A DNA stretch of 64,000 nt from Candidatus Pacearchaeota archaeon (GCA_041660485.1 JBAZWF010000001.1:410224-474223), one strand, 5' to 3'. Shown: positions 53,047 to 63,179, counted from the stretch's first letter. Numbers and translations are program-made. Notes: a model not told the origin generated them from the letters alone.

Positions 53047-55242
53047 TTAACCAGCAACTGCTCCTGGAGCCAAATCTTTAAGCACAAATACTGCAAGGAA
53101 AGATAATACAAGTATTGAAATTAAAGCAATTAAAAGATACAATCCAAGTCCTGCTTTTAGATTATTTCCAGTATCATATGTTCTCTTCAATCTATCATCT
53201 CCTGAATCAATTATAACTAAAACTCTTGTTAAAATAAATATTATCTCTACAATATAAATTCCAATTGCAATCTGCAGAAAATAAGGAGGAATCATTGTTT
53301 CAATATGAAATAAATCTGTAATTGTACCTATAGCTCCAAGTCCTGAATCTCCTCCACTAGCAGTAATAGCAGTAATAATTGAACCAAGCTTATTAATAAT
53401 AAATGTAATCATTGCAGCTAAACCAATTACAATTCCAGATAAAAGTGGAGCTAAAAAGATCATATTGCTTCTCATATCTGATACAACTTCTGCCAGCAAA
53501 TCATTCAGCCTTTGTGTAACTTTTTGAATATTCTTAATATATTCAGAAATACTCATTAAGCTCTGCGCAGCAATTGTTAATCCTTTTTTAACAGATTCTA
53601 AAAGTATTCTCATGCTTGTCGCAACTAATGCAGAAGGATAATAAATAATAGCGCCTCTATGAGGGTCAAATATTGCATTTTCTAAAGACATTCCTGCTTG
53701 TTGCAAATTCAAATTAACTCTTCTAAAGAAATTTTCAGTTTTTTGTCCTCGTGTAGATTCAGCAACTCTTGCAAAAGCAATTTCTGCAGGCAATCCATCA
53801 CCTAACCTATTCCCAAGCTGGAAAAGAGAATTTGTAAATTCTTGTTCAAGTTGTTTGGTATAAACTCTTGATTTTATTAATCTTTTAGTTTTCATTCCAT
53901 AAGAAATTGAAAAAAACAAAGCAATTCCTAAAGGAATAAATAAACTTAATAATAAAGCTCCAAGCCCAAACGGTCCAACAACCTCTCCATTAGCTAAAGT
54001 CTTAAAATCAAATAGTTTCATTCCCTCTAAAAAGCTCATACCTAAATTTGCAAAATCATAATCTCCTGAAACATTTAATAGATTTTGAAACCATTTAATT
54101 TGAAAAATAAATGGAATTAATCCAATAATTATTAAGGGTAATGTTATAAGTGCAGCAATCCAGTAAGGTTTTTTACTCTGATAAACCGGATAATCTGGAT
54201 TCATTTCAAGAATTTCAGTTTCTCCATATCCTCCCGGGCGTTTAAGCATTATTTGTGTTGTAAGATAAAAAACAAAAAACGGAATAATTAAATTAAATAA
54301 AATAAAAACATGATACCAAGTTATTGCTCCACCCATAAGTGTTGAAGCTAATGGTAATAATGCTAATCCAAGTGTTGGCAAAACAACTCCAAGCATATAC
54401 ACATTAGTTAAAGGACTTCTAACCTCTCGCGAGAACAAAAGCATTTTCTCATAAACCCCATCTAAAATAACTTGAAGAGCTTTTTCAAGAATAGCAATTC
54501 TTCTTGCTTCAGAGGATTCATATAAACTACTTTCAATTAAATGAAATGCTTCAACAAATTCCAAACTATCCTCTTGCCAAGTTTCAAGATAATGATCTAA
54601 ACTTTCTTTAATTGTAGAAAACTTTCCAGTTTCCACATCCCAAAATATTTTTTTCAAATCAAGAGCAAGAGGATATTGCAAATGTTGAGAGGCAAAAGAA
54701 ATCGCTCTTTCAAGATTTGATGTATGTTTCATATAAACAACAACATAAAGAATACACGGAACCATCTGTGAGCTTGCTTTAAGTCTCCAGATTTTTCCCA
54801 TTCTTTCAGGTGAACTATAAATATAATAAAAAACAAACATAGCTGAGATAAAAAATAAAAATAAAAGCAATCCTGCAGGTCCAAAAATAAAAGATATAAT
54901 GTCTTGATTACCATAAAAATAAAGTCCTAAAAATATCAGCATTCCAACAATAAATGTAATAAATGCCCCAAAAAAAGCAAATGAAACAACATTACTTGAA
55001 GTCAAATCAAGATGTGCCACACTTAAATTTTTCATCATCTTTGCATTACCTTTTGGAGAAAGTTTTATTCCTAGCATAGAACCAAATGATTTTGACAGCT
55101 TTTCATAACGCGAAAGCGCAGGCATCATTTCTTTTTTAAACTCAGTATATTCTCTGCTTACATCTCCTACTCTTTCATCACTTGCAATCTGCTTGCTTAT
55201 CTTGCCACCATACTTTTTCAAAATATCATCTACATTTGCCAT
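53047..55242 (-). CDS. Polytopic membrane platform protein, FlaJ/TadC/PilC-like (T2SS-F-type)
   Basis: 731 aa, about 9-10 TMs in two blocks separated by soluble helical regions. Positioned downstream of the secretion ATPase, as in archaeal pilus/archaellum loci. The family call is contextual. Confidence 0.55.
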   Translation of the reverse strand: MANVDDILKKYGGKISKQIASDERVGDVSREYTEFKKEMMPALSRYEKLSKSFGSMLGIKLSPKGNAKMMKNLSVAHLDLTSSNVVSFAFFGAFITFIVGMLIFLGLYFYGNQDIISFIFGPAGLLLFLFFISAMFVFYYIYSSPERMGKIWRLKASSQMVPCILYVVVYMKHTSNLERAISFASQHLQYPLALDLKKIFWDVETGKFSTIKESLDHYLETWQEDSLEFVEAFHLIESSLYESSEARRIAILEKALQVILDGVYEKMLLFSREVRSPLTNVYMLGVVLPTLGLALLPLASTLMGGAITWYHVFILFNLIIPFFVFYLTTQIMLKRPGGYGETEILEMNPDYPVYQSKKPYWIAALITLPLIIIGLIPFIFQIKWFQNLLNVSGDYDFANLGMSFLEGMKLFDFKTLANGEVVGPFGLGALLLSLFIPLGIALFFSISYGMKTKRLIKSRVYTKQLEQEFTNSLFQLGNRLGDGLPAEIAFARVAESTRGQKTENFFRRVNLNLQQAGMSLENAIFDPHRGAIIYYPSALVATSMRILLESVKKGLTIAAQSLMSISEYIKNIQKVTQRLNDLLAEVVSDMRSNMIFLAPLLSGIVIGLAAMITFIINKLGSIITAITASGGDSGLGAIGTITDLFHIETMIPPYFLQIAIGIYIVEIIFILTRVLVIIDSGDDRLKRTYDTGNNLKAGLGLYLLIALISILVLSFLAVFVLKDLAPGAVAG

Positions 55243-55308
55243 TTTTCACTTCTTTTTATATTAATAAATAGAATTAAAGGTTAATAAAAGTAATCATCAG
55301 TATTTAAT

Positions 55309-55593
55309 TCAAACTATTTTTTTACCCTTATTTCTAGCTTTGCCAATAATCCAACCAATAAATGTTCCAATTAAAAGAAAAACTAAAGGAATAGTTAAGA
55401 TAATTATTCCACTAACATCTTTGCATAAGTTATTTCCAGAACAATTTAAAAAAGTTGCAAGAAAATTAGCAACACCATTAATAAAAAACGCAGCAGTTTT
55501 AGGAGAAAAAAGAAAAATAAGAATTATAATATAACTTAAAACTAAACCTATAACTCCACCAACTACTCTTTTTGGATGATCTCCTAGATTCAT
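55309..55593 (-). CDS. Small membrane protein (94 aa)
   Basis: Three hydrophobic segments, between the ATPase and platform genes. Confidence 0.45.
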   Translation of the reverse strand: MNLGDHPKRVVGGVIGLVLSYIIILIFLFSPKTAAFFINGVANFLATFLNCSGNNLCKDVSGIIILTIPLVFLLIGTFIGWIIGKARNKGKKIV

Positions 55594-55627
55594 AACAATA
55601 TATAATTCTTGAATTTATAAAACTACT

Positions 55628-55918
55628 CTATTTATCTTTAACATGTTCTTTAAAATCTCTTCCTAGATTTGGTAAACTCTCTCCAATTGTCTTTGTTCGT
55701 TCTTCAATTTTGCCTATAGTATTACTTTGATAAACTAAAAATCCAACAATAACAAACAAAGCACTTAATATAACTCCTAAAGCCCCAATAATTATATTTT
55801 CAGTTTGCCAAGTACCTCCAAAAATTGCTCTAATTACTTGATAAATAATTACAACCAATAAAATAATAAGAAAAATATATCCAACAATTCTAATTATATC
55901 AGAAAATTCTTTATTCAT
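55628..55918 (-). CDS. Small membrane protein (96 aa)
   Basis: Two TMs and a charged C-terminal tail. Confidence 0.45.
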   Translation of the reverse strand: MNKEFSDIIRIVGYIFLIILLVVIIYQVIRAIFGGTWQTENIIIGALGVILSALFVIVGFLVYQSNTIGKIEERTKTIGESLPNLGRDFKEHVKDK

Positions 55919-56019
55919 TTTACTAAATTTTTAGCAAGCCAAATAAAAAATAATATTGCTAATATTAAAAGTAACCATCTCAATATTTGCAAAAATAATA
56001 TTACCTGTTTTTTCTTCAT
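55915..56019 (-). CDS. Mini membrane ORF (34 aa), not in the ORF track
   Basis: MKKKQVILFLQILRWLLLILAILFFIWLAKNLVK. ATGA overlap with the 55628-55918 gene. Confidence 0.35.
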   Translation of the reverse strand: MKKKQVILFLQILRWLLLILAILFFIWLAKNLVK

Positions 56020-56049
56020 TTTATAATAAATTAATTAAAGTTAATAAAT

Positions 56050-58308
56050 TTACTCTCTAAACTTTAAAGCAGCTTCATCAACTTTTCTAGCCCATTCAGG
56101 AAAAACTCTTTTAGATTCAGGTATACCAATTTCTTTAGTTATTTCTTCAGAAACTTCGTGAAACATAGTAGTTGCCAAACTTGAGAACTTTGCTTCTAAA
56201 AGTCCATCATGATTTAGTTTTTTTGAAATATCCACTAAATATTGTTTTGTCTTTCCTCTTAATAAAATATTATCATAAACCGCATCCCAGTTTCCAACCC
56301 ATCCTTTAACTCCTGAAGCAATATCTTTTATAATATCTGAATTTCCATTCATAAGTTCATCACTTGGTTCAAGCTCATCTTTTTCAACATTATAATTTAA
56401 TAAATCAACAAATCCTCCTTCTTCAAGTGGGTCTTTTGTCCATTGTTTTCTAACTTCTGTAAGTTGTATTAACCTCCTGACAGAATGCAAACCGTCCGGA
56501 GTTTTTACCGGATTAGCAACAACAACTAAATCAGTTGCTTTAAAACTTGTAACTGGAACACCTAAATCATTTACAACCCTATCAAAAACAGCATAAGGTG
56601 AACTACCATGAATTGTTCCTGCAACAACATTTGCAAGCGCACCAACTCTCATTGCTTCATAAAGTGCTTTTGCTTCATTACTTCTAATTTCACCAACTAT
56701 CAAAGAACTATCTCCCAATCTTAGCGAAGTTCTAATTCCTTCTTCAGCAGAAACCTCATTTGAAGTTTCCAATAATGAAGAACGAACTTTCATAGATAAA
56801 ATATCATATCCTAATTCACGAAGATATTCACTCGGTAATTCTGGAGTATCTTCAACTAAAATCATTCTATATTTTGGTTTTATCTCAAGCATCAACGAAC
56901 CTAATAGAGAAGTTTTTCCAGAGCTTCTTGTTCCTGCAATTAGCATTGTTCTAGAACCATCAATCAAAAAGCTTAATAATCCTGCAGAAAAACTATTTAA
57001 CATTTTATTTTTAATAAATAAAGGCAATGTCCAAGGAAAATCCCTATGTCTTCTAACAGCATATGATAATCCTAAAGGAGATAACGGACGTTGCACAACT
57101 GCAATTCTAGCTCTGATACTTTCTAATGATAAATCTGTATCTAAAATCGGATTTGCTTCATCTAACGGCCTTCCAGAAATCATTCTAAATTTTGCAGCCC
57201 AAGAATCTGCATCTTCCTGGCTTAAAATAATATTAGTTGTGCATTCATCAAATTTATTATGTCTTAAAAAAATTGGATTTAAACTAATTGGTGCATTTAA
57301 AACAATATCTTGCAATTCTGTATCTTGCAATAAAACTTCCAAAAGTCCGAATCCAATTGTGTGTCTTACAAGAATTGTGGCAAGTTTATTTAAATCACCA
57401 TAAGAAACAAATATTTTTTTATTTTCAGAAAGCTCTTGTAGTAAATCTCGAGCAACATTAAAAAATACCTGTCTTGTCCTTGCAGGGTCAATAAATTCTT
57501 CTGCTTTTGGTTGATGTTCAATTAAAACATTTCTTGCAAGGTTTAACAGCATCTGATAATCTTCATTTAAAAAATATTCAGGGGGCATTAAATGATAAAA
57601 ATATTTTAGTTCATTAGGTTTTTTTAAAATTGTAACTGTACTTTTATCCAAATCTTTTCCTATTTCATACTGCGAGACTATCTGCGAATCTTCGGGCAAA
57701 GAAGCTACAAGTCTTGCAAAAGCAAAATTAGGAATTATATCTGGAGAAAAAAGTTCTGTATAAACTGTTCTATCTTTTGAAATAAATCCTTCCATTTTTT
57801 CAATTAAACTTTTAATTAATTCTGTTCCTTCCATAAGCTCAATAATTTTTTCAAGAAGTCTCCAATAAGTTTTATCATTAGATTCAGTTGCTGCTTCTTG
57901 GAGTTCTGCATCTTTTAACTTTAAGTAAGCTCCAATTGGATCTTGTTTAAGAAACTGCATAAAAAAGTTCATGAACTCATATCTTGCAGCAATTTGCATT
58001 TGCCCACCACCTAATTTTTCAGGAGATAAAACTCTTTCCTGTTTAATTAAAAAATTATAAAGATGTGCAATTTCTGCAAGCATTCTAACCTGATCAGAAT
58101 TGTAACTATAATTTCTCTGCTGAACTAAAACAACACGTGATACATTAGGAGATTCAACTAAAAGTTCAACAGTCCTCATCATAACTTCTGGAGAAGTTGC
58201 AATAGAAGGGATATAAGGTGCTCCTAAATAGTTTACATAAGCCACATTCTGCCCAGCTTCGTTTCTAACTTCATATGCATATAACTTTGTTCCTTTATCA
58301 AATATCAT
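56050..58308 (-). CDS. Type II/IV secretion-family ATPase (FlaI/PilB/VirB11-like) with a long N-terminal extension
   Basis: 752 aa. Walker A IAGTRSSGKTSLLGSL, LIVGEIRSNEA and His-box region AGTIHGSS. Confidence 0.8.
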   Translation of the reverse strand: MIFDKGTKLYAYEVRNEAGQNVAYVNYLGAPYIPSIATSPEVMMRTVELLVESPNVSRVVLVQQRNYSYNSDQVRMLAEIAHLYNFLIKQERVLSPEKLGGGQMQIAARYEFMNFFMQFLKQDPIGAYLKLKDAELQEAATESNDKTYWRLLEKIIELMEGTELIKSLIEKMEGFISKDRTVYTELFSPDIIPNFAFARLVASLPEDSQIVSQYEIGKDLDKSTVTILKKPNELKYFYHLMPPEYFLNEDYQMLLNLARNVLIEHQPKAEEFIDPARTRQVFFNVARDLLQELSENKKIFVSYGDLNKLATILVRHTIGFGLLEVLLQDTELQDIVLNAPISLNPIFLRHNKFDECTTNIILSQEDADSWAAKFRMISGRPLDEANPILDTDLSLESIRARIAVVQRPLSPLGLSYAVRRHRDFPWTLPLFIKNKMLNSFSAGLLSFLIDGSRTMLIAGTRSSGKTSLLGSLMLEIKPKYRMILVEDTPELPSEYLRELGYDILSMKVRSSLLETSNEVSAEEGIRTSLRLGDSSLIVGEIRSNEAKALYEAMRVGALANVVAGTIHGSSPYAVFDRVVNDLGVPVTSFKATDLVVVANPVKTPDGLHSVRRLIQLTEVRKQWTKDPLEEGGFVDLLNYNVEKDELEPSDELMNGNSDIIKDIASGVKGWVGNWDAVYDNILLRGKTKQYLVDISKKLNHDGLLEAKFSSLATTMFHEVSEEITKEIGIPESKRVFPEWARKVDEAALKFRE

Positions 58309-58479
58309 TTTGTTTTTCCAGGTTTGGAAACGTTTGCTTTGTTAAAAGCAAATGTCCGAGAAGTAACCAATTTCTCGTTTACCTTTTCAAAAGGTTCATA
58401 TCAAATATCATCTCTTTATTTATTCTCCTTAATCATTATTCTATAGATATTAATTCAAAAATCAATTAAAATAGTTTTC

Positions 58480-58558
58480 TATACAGAAAATTGATGGTTA
58501 TAATATGGAAATTTTCTGGCTAGAAAACTTCAAAAATCGATTAAAATAGTTTTCTATA
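58480..58558. repeat. 79-nt intergenic repeat unit, copy 1
   Basis: tatacagaaaattgatggttataatatggaaattttctggctagaaaacttcaaaaatcgattaaaatagttttctata. Contains inverted repeats cagaaaatt/aattttctg and tagaaaac/gttttcta. A third copy of the last 30 nt is at 58454-58483. Confidence 0.85.
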
Positions 58559-58647
58559 GTATAAGACTCCAACATTTCTTCTAAATTGTCTTATACTATA
58601 TTTGAGGGGACTAAATAGCAAATAAAAATTATTTAGTTCTCTCATTA

Positions 58648-58726
58648 TATACAGAAAATTGATGGTTATAATATGGAAATTTTCTGGCTAGAAAACTTCA
58701 AAAATCAATTAAAATAGTTTTCTATA
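58648..58726. repeat. 79-nt intergenic repeat unit, copy 2
   Basis: Identical to 58480-58558 except for one position (a instead of g, in aaatcaatt versus aaatcgatt). Offset 168 nt. Confidence 0.85.
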
Positions 58727-58811
58727 TTATAGTTTATCAATAAAAATTACTATAAAAAATTCCCATAGCAACTATTTTAAACCCTAATCACATAATATTA
58801 ATATAAAAAAG

Positions 58812-59234
58812 ATGGCGAAAGAACAAATTTCTGCAGTAGAACCCGTTTCATATGAAGTTGGACTAAAATTAAGGGATTTAGAAGAAAGTCATAGGCTTAT
58901 GAAAGAAAGAGTTTTGCTTATTGGGCAAAATTTAATTGACTCTCAAGAAAAAAATAATCGTGAAATAACCTCTCTAAAAAAAGAAGTTTATGAACTTAAA
59001 ACAGATATTAAAAGAATTAAAGAAATAATTCAATCTATGTCAGAAGAAATTGAAAAAAGTGCTCGTAGAGAAGAACTTGCAATTTTATCTCGCCAGTTTA
59101 AAATGTTTGAACCATTAAGATACGCTCGAATAGAAGATGTAGAAAAAATAGTTGAAGAAAAATTAAATAAATCACAACATCATATTAAAGAAACTCTTCC
59201 ATCTAAACACGAGTTTTGGAACGGGAAATTATAA
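58812..59234 (+). CDS. Hypothetical coiled-coil protein (140 aa)
   Basis: Heptad-rich sequence, divergent from the pilus ATPase. Confidence 0.45.
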   Translation: MAKEQISAVEPVSYEVGLKLRDLEESHRLMKERVLLIGQNLIDSQEKNNREITSLKKEVYELKTDIKRIKEIIQSMSEEIEKSARREELAILSRQFKMFEPLRYARIEDVEKIVEEKLNKSQHHIKETLPSKHEFWNGKL

Positions 59235-59235
59235 A

Positions 59236-59922
59236 ATGAGCACTTTAGATTCAGTAAATCAATTAAAACAGTCAGGATATAGTGAAAGTGAAATAATACA
59301 AACACTTCAACAAAATGGCATTTCACCAAGAGAAATTAATGATGCTATATCTCAGTCAAAAATAAAAGAAGCAGTTGCAGGAAGTTCAATGATTGAAGAA
59401 CAAAATGGAGAATTCAGTGGTATGCAACCTTCTTTAATGAATCAGCCTATAGAAGAAGTTCCACTTGAACCCGAAGTTCCTTCTCCATATGAAACCCAAA
59501 TACCTTACCCTCAAGAAACTCAGCAATACGGAGAACAGCCTTCAGGATATCCTCAAGAATCTTATCAAGCATATCCTCAAAGCTATGGATTAAATACTGA
59601 AACAATGAGTGAAATAGCAAGTCAATTAATTGCAGAAAAACTCTCAAAAACAAATCTTTCTATCTCTTCTTTAATGGAATTTAAATCACTTATTGACTCA
59701 AAAGTTGACAAAATAGATTCTCGGCTTGTAAGAATAGAGTCAATTATGGACCAACTACAAACAACTTTAATAAGAAGATCTTCTGGACAAGTTCAAGATA
59801 TAGAAGATATAAAAACCGAACTTAGAGGCATGCAAAACAGCTTTAGTAAAGTAATTAATCCCTTAACAGATTCTATACGCGAAGTTCAGGCAATGAAGAA
59901 CAAAGCTAAAAAAACAAAATAA
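59236..59922 (+). CDS. Hypothetical protein (228 aa) with a small helical N-domain, a Q/P/E-rich linker and a coiled-coil C-terminus
   Basis: SGYSESEIIQTLQQNGISPREINDAISQ, then a PQE-rich low-complexity stretch. 1-nt gap from the upstream ORF. Confidence 0.45.
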   Translation: MSTLDSVNQLKQSGYSESEIIQTLQQNGISPREINDAISQSKIKEAVAGSSMIEEQNGEFSGMQPSLMNQPIEEVPLEPEVPSPYETQIPYPQETQQYGEQPSGYPQESYQAYPQSYGLNTETMSEIASQLIAEKLSKTNLSISSLMEFKSLIDSKVDKIDSRLVRIESIMDQLQTTLIRRSSGQVQDIEDIKTELRGMQNSFSKVINPLTDSIREVQAMKNKAKKTK

Positions 59923-60004
59923 TTCTCAATTTCTAGACTTTTTAACATCTATAATAAACAATAGAAATCTTAATAAACAATTTTAGCACATTTTCACAAG
60001 TAAC

Positions 60005-61036
60005 ATGGCTAACAAAAACACACTATTTTTAGTATTTGGGTTAATGATAATTTTATTATCTTTTTCAATTGTTTCTGCAGAAACATACAAACTATTATGT
60101 TTAGATAAAGGACAAACAGTTTATTTTTCAAGATGTAATAATGCAATGCAAGATAAAGTTTGCACAAGCGACACCGGATGCCAATATTGTGTAAGTGTTA
60201 CAAATTCAAATACATATTGCCCTGCAAATGTAAATATATGCAACACTCAAGGATATTCATGCACATCAGATTCTTCAGTTCCAGAAGTTAAAAATACAAC
60301 AACTCCAGGAGTATCGTTAAATCTAACCCAAATAACAGTCAGCCCATCATTGCCTTTATCAAATAATGGAAGTCAAAAAGATATAACAATTAGTTTTAAA
60401 AGTAATGTTTATCCATTTATAGCCACTATTAAAATTTATGAAACAACCGGCCAATTAATTAGCTCATCAAGCCCAAAAACAATATCAAAACTTTCTGAAT
60501 CTCAAATAACATATACAATTCCCTCAGGATTATCAGATGGAAATCATCTTATAACATTAACCGGAACAACTTCACAACAAAGCACAAAAACAATAAATCT
60601 TGGAATGATTGTTGTAAAAAAGCCAAGTTCTTCAACATCAACAAATAATCAATCAACAAGTTCTTCAACTTCAAGTTCAACAACAGCTACTCCATCTACA
60701 AGTTCTACAAGTTCAACAAGCAGTCAATCAATAAACCCTACAAGTTCAAATCATAATTTAACAGATAATTCAGATAATGGCATTTCAGCATCAAACACTA
60801 ATTCAAATCCTTATTCAGATTCTTCAAATAATTCAAACACTTTAGAAAAAATAGATGAAATAAATAAATCAAGCTCTGTAAAAAATGTAACTAGTAAAAT
60901 AACTGGCGCAGCAATTGGCACAATAACCACTGGAAAACTAACAATTTTATTAATCATAATCTTAGTAATTGCAATAGCATATAGTATTGTAAAAAAGAGA
61001 AGAAACTCAAATCCAATAAATGAATTTACAATATAA
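60005..61036 (+). CDS. Secreted Ser/Thr-rich surface protein with a C-terminal TM anchor
   Basis: Signal LIILLSFSIVSAE, Cys-rich N-domain, S/T/N-rich stalk, TM LTILLIIILVIAIAYSIV + KKRR. Confidence 0.55.
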   Translation: MANKNTLFLVFGLMIILLSFSIVSAETYKLLCLDKGQTVYFSRCNNAMQDKVCTSDTGCQYCVSVTNSNTYCPANVNICNTQGYSCTSDSSVPEVKNTTTPGVSLNLTQITVSPSLPLSNNGSQKDITISFKSNVYPFIATIKIYETTGQLISSSSPKTISKLSESQITYTIPSGLSDGNHLITLTGTTSQQSTKTINLGMIVVKKPSSSTSTNNQSTSSSTSSSTTATPSTSSTSSTSSQSINPTSSNHNLTDNSDNGISASNTNSNPYSDSSNNSNTLEKIDEINKSSSVKNVTSKITGAAIGTITTGKLTILLIIILVIAIAYSIVKKRRNSNPINEFTI

Positions 61037-61045
61037 TTCAGATTA

Positions 61046-61564
61046 TTACTTTTTCTTTGTTAAAATCCAAGAAGCAATTGCAGCAATAATTAAGAGAATT
61101 ATTGCTCCTAAAACTTTTTCAGAATAAAAAAAGTTCTTGAATAAAAGCAAAGATGGATCTCCACCAGTATCACTTACTCCAGGCAGATACGGTCCAAGAA
61201 TTGGATTAAATACTTTTATTGCAGAAATTAAAAATATTATTATTAGTATTGCAATAAATACCCAAGTTACCCAAGGTTTCATAAATTTGCTCATATCTTT
61301 CTGAGAAAAACCAATCATTATTAAAAATAAAAACAGGCAAATAAGAAGTATAACAAACCAAGGTAAAACAACCCCAACATATTCCACACCAGGTGAAAAT
61401 GTAATAAATATTATTGCAAAAACAAATGCAGTTAGTGAATTAATGTAATTATTATCTCCAAGAAGTTTTGTATTTGAAAGAATTGCATAAACAACCACAT
61501 AAACAAAAAGAAATCCAAATATAGCCATATAATATGCTAACCATGAAAAATCCAAAATTGCCAT
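61046..61564 (-). CDS. Small polytopic membrane protein, paralog family 2
   Basis: 172 aa. N-terminal block FGFLFVYVVVYAILSNTKLLG is shared with the two upstream genes. Confidence 0.5.
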   Translation of the reverse strand: MAILDFSWLAYYMAIFGFLFVYVVVYAILSNTKLLGDNNYINSLTAFVFAIIFITFSPGVEYVGVVLPWFVILLICLFLFLIMIGFSQKDMSKFMKPWVTWVFIAILIIIFLISAIKVFNPILGPYLPGVSDTGGDPSLLLFKNFFYSEKVLGAIILLIIAAIASWILTKKK

Positions 61565-61566
61565 TT

Positions 61567-62094
61567 TTAAATTTCTTTAAACATCCATGCTTTTTCACCA
61601 GATGCTCTATGATGTCCAGAAGTTATAACAACCAAGATGAAAATTACAATTATAATTCCGGCAACTATTGCAGACATGTTTTCTTGCCAAAAGCCTCCAC
61701 CCCACCATGAATATTCCTCAAACGAATTTAATATAATCACAAGTGTTGCAACACCGCCAAATGCTAAGAATATATATGCTGCGCCCTGATGTTTAGTATA
61801 ATCCATGAATAACCCCATTAAGATTAAACCAACAAGTAAAATAGAAAGTGCAATTCCAAGTTTAGGGAAAATTATCTGAAAAAATCTAGGCACAGAATCA
61901 AACTGCAATGCCATTAAACCCACAGCAATTGCAATCACTGCACTTATTCCACGATTATCAGCCTCTTTACCCATAATCTTTACTTTTTCAAGTATTGCAA
62001 ATACTAATGCAAATATAAGTAAGAACGGAAGAGCATAATAGAATATATCTAAATCTGCCCATTGTTGCAATATCACCCCAATTGGTTGAGCCAT
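61567..62094 (-). CDS. Small polytopic membrane protein, paralog family 2
   Basis: 175 aa. LPFLLIFALVFAILEKVKIMG. Confidence 0.5.
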   Translation of the reverse strand: MAQPIGVILQQWADLDIFYYALPFLLIFALVFAILEKVKIMGKEADNRGISAVIAIAVGLMALQFDSVPRFFQIIFPKLGIALSILLVGLILMGLFMDYTKHQGAAYIFLAFGGVATLVIILNSFEEYSWWGGGFWQENMSAIVAGIIIVIFILVVITSGHHRASGEKAWMFKEI

Positions 62095-62338
62095 GTTGCA
62101 TATAGAACAAAATTCTTATTTAAATACCTTTCGTAGAAAAAGATTAAAAGAAAAATTATTCATGACAAGACTTATTTAAATTATTATAACATTATTTTAA
62201 ATTACTATTGGTTTATCCTGTGCAAAACCTCCTTATTTTAAAATTGTTATAATTAAATCATAATTATTATCACAAATTATAATCTTTAATAAAAATTTTA
62301 GTGTCTAATAAATAATATTATATTTTTAATTTTATTAT

Positions 62339-62848
62339 TTACGACCCACCTTTCTTCTTACCAGAAATAACAACAGTTGTAATTGCAGCAATAAGAATTG
62401 CAATAATTATAATATTTGAACCCCAACCAGTTGGTTCGCCAGAAACAAATAAAGAATTATAAACAAAATCCCATTGCCCGGTTGCAACTATAACTGCAAT
62501 AATAACTGCAATAATAATAATTACCAAAAATCCGTATTGCAACCATTTCGGAAGTTCTAATCCTTTCTCATTAGTACTTGAAACAAATCCAAATAAAATT
62601 AAAAATACTAAAATAACTACAACTGAAACAGCTAAAAAAGGCATAAGTTTTGTAACAATTCCTGTTGCCCATGAAAATGCAACAAAAATTAATGCAATAG
62701 ATAAAGCTGCAAGAGCATCAATTTGTTGTTTTCCCTCTCCAAGAATTTTAGATTTTTGAAGTATTGCAAAAACGATTGTAAATATTAAAAGAAACGGATA
62801 TACAACTTGAACTGCAAAACTGCTTGTCAATATTGTTTCCAAAGCCAT
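62339..62848 (-). CDS. Small polytopic membrane protein, paralog family 2
   Basis: 169 aa. YPFLLIFTIVFAILQKSKILG. Confidence 0.5.
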   Translation of the reverse strand: MALETILTSSFAVQVVYPFLLIFTIVFAILQKSKILGEGKQQIDALAALSIALIFVAFSWATGIVTKLMPFLAVSVVVILVFLILFGFVSSTNEKGLELPKWLQYGFLVIIIIAVIIAVIVATGQWDFVYNSLFVSGEPTGWGSNIIIIAILIAAITTVVISGKKKGGS

Positions 62849-62912
62849 ATTTAATTAAATAATAACAGGTTTAAAAACTATTCGGAAATAAAGTAAAAAC
62901 ATTTTAGTATCC

Positions 62913-63179
62913 TTATAGCATTCTAGTAATAAAAAAATACAAACCTACTAGCCCCATAAGAAGCATCAATATCATAAGCAAATAGTTAATGAAATTAAAT
63001 TTTCTATTCCTTGTCAATTTATTCATATAATAACTTACTGGGATAGATAGCCAAAATAAAGTAAAGAATAACAAACCATAAAATGAACTTCCAAAAATAA
63101 AAGCGCTTATAAAAATAGCAAAAAAAGAAATAATCGCAATTAAACCAAAAACATCCTGTATTATCTCAGCTATTTTCAT
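62913..63179 (-). CDS. Small hypothetical membrane protein (88 aa)
   Basis: Three hydrophobic segments. Confidence 0.4.
   Translation of the reverse strand: MKIAEIIQDVFGLIAIISFFAIFISAFIFGSSFYGLLFFTLFWLSIPVSYYMNKLTRNRKFNFINYLLMILMLLMGLVGLYFFITRML

Noticed and set aside
58454-58726. Possible CRISPR array, given the repeated units in the intergenic region upstream of the pilus ATPase
   Set aside because: There are only two full 79-nt units plus one 30-nt partial copy. Spacing is irregular, the intervening sequence is itself palindromic, and no cas genes are nearby. Unit length and organisation do not fit CRISPR.
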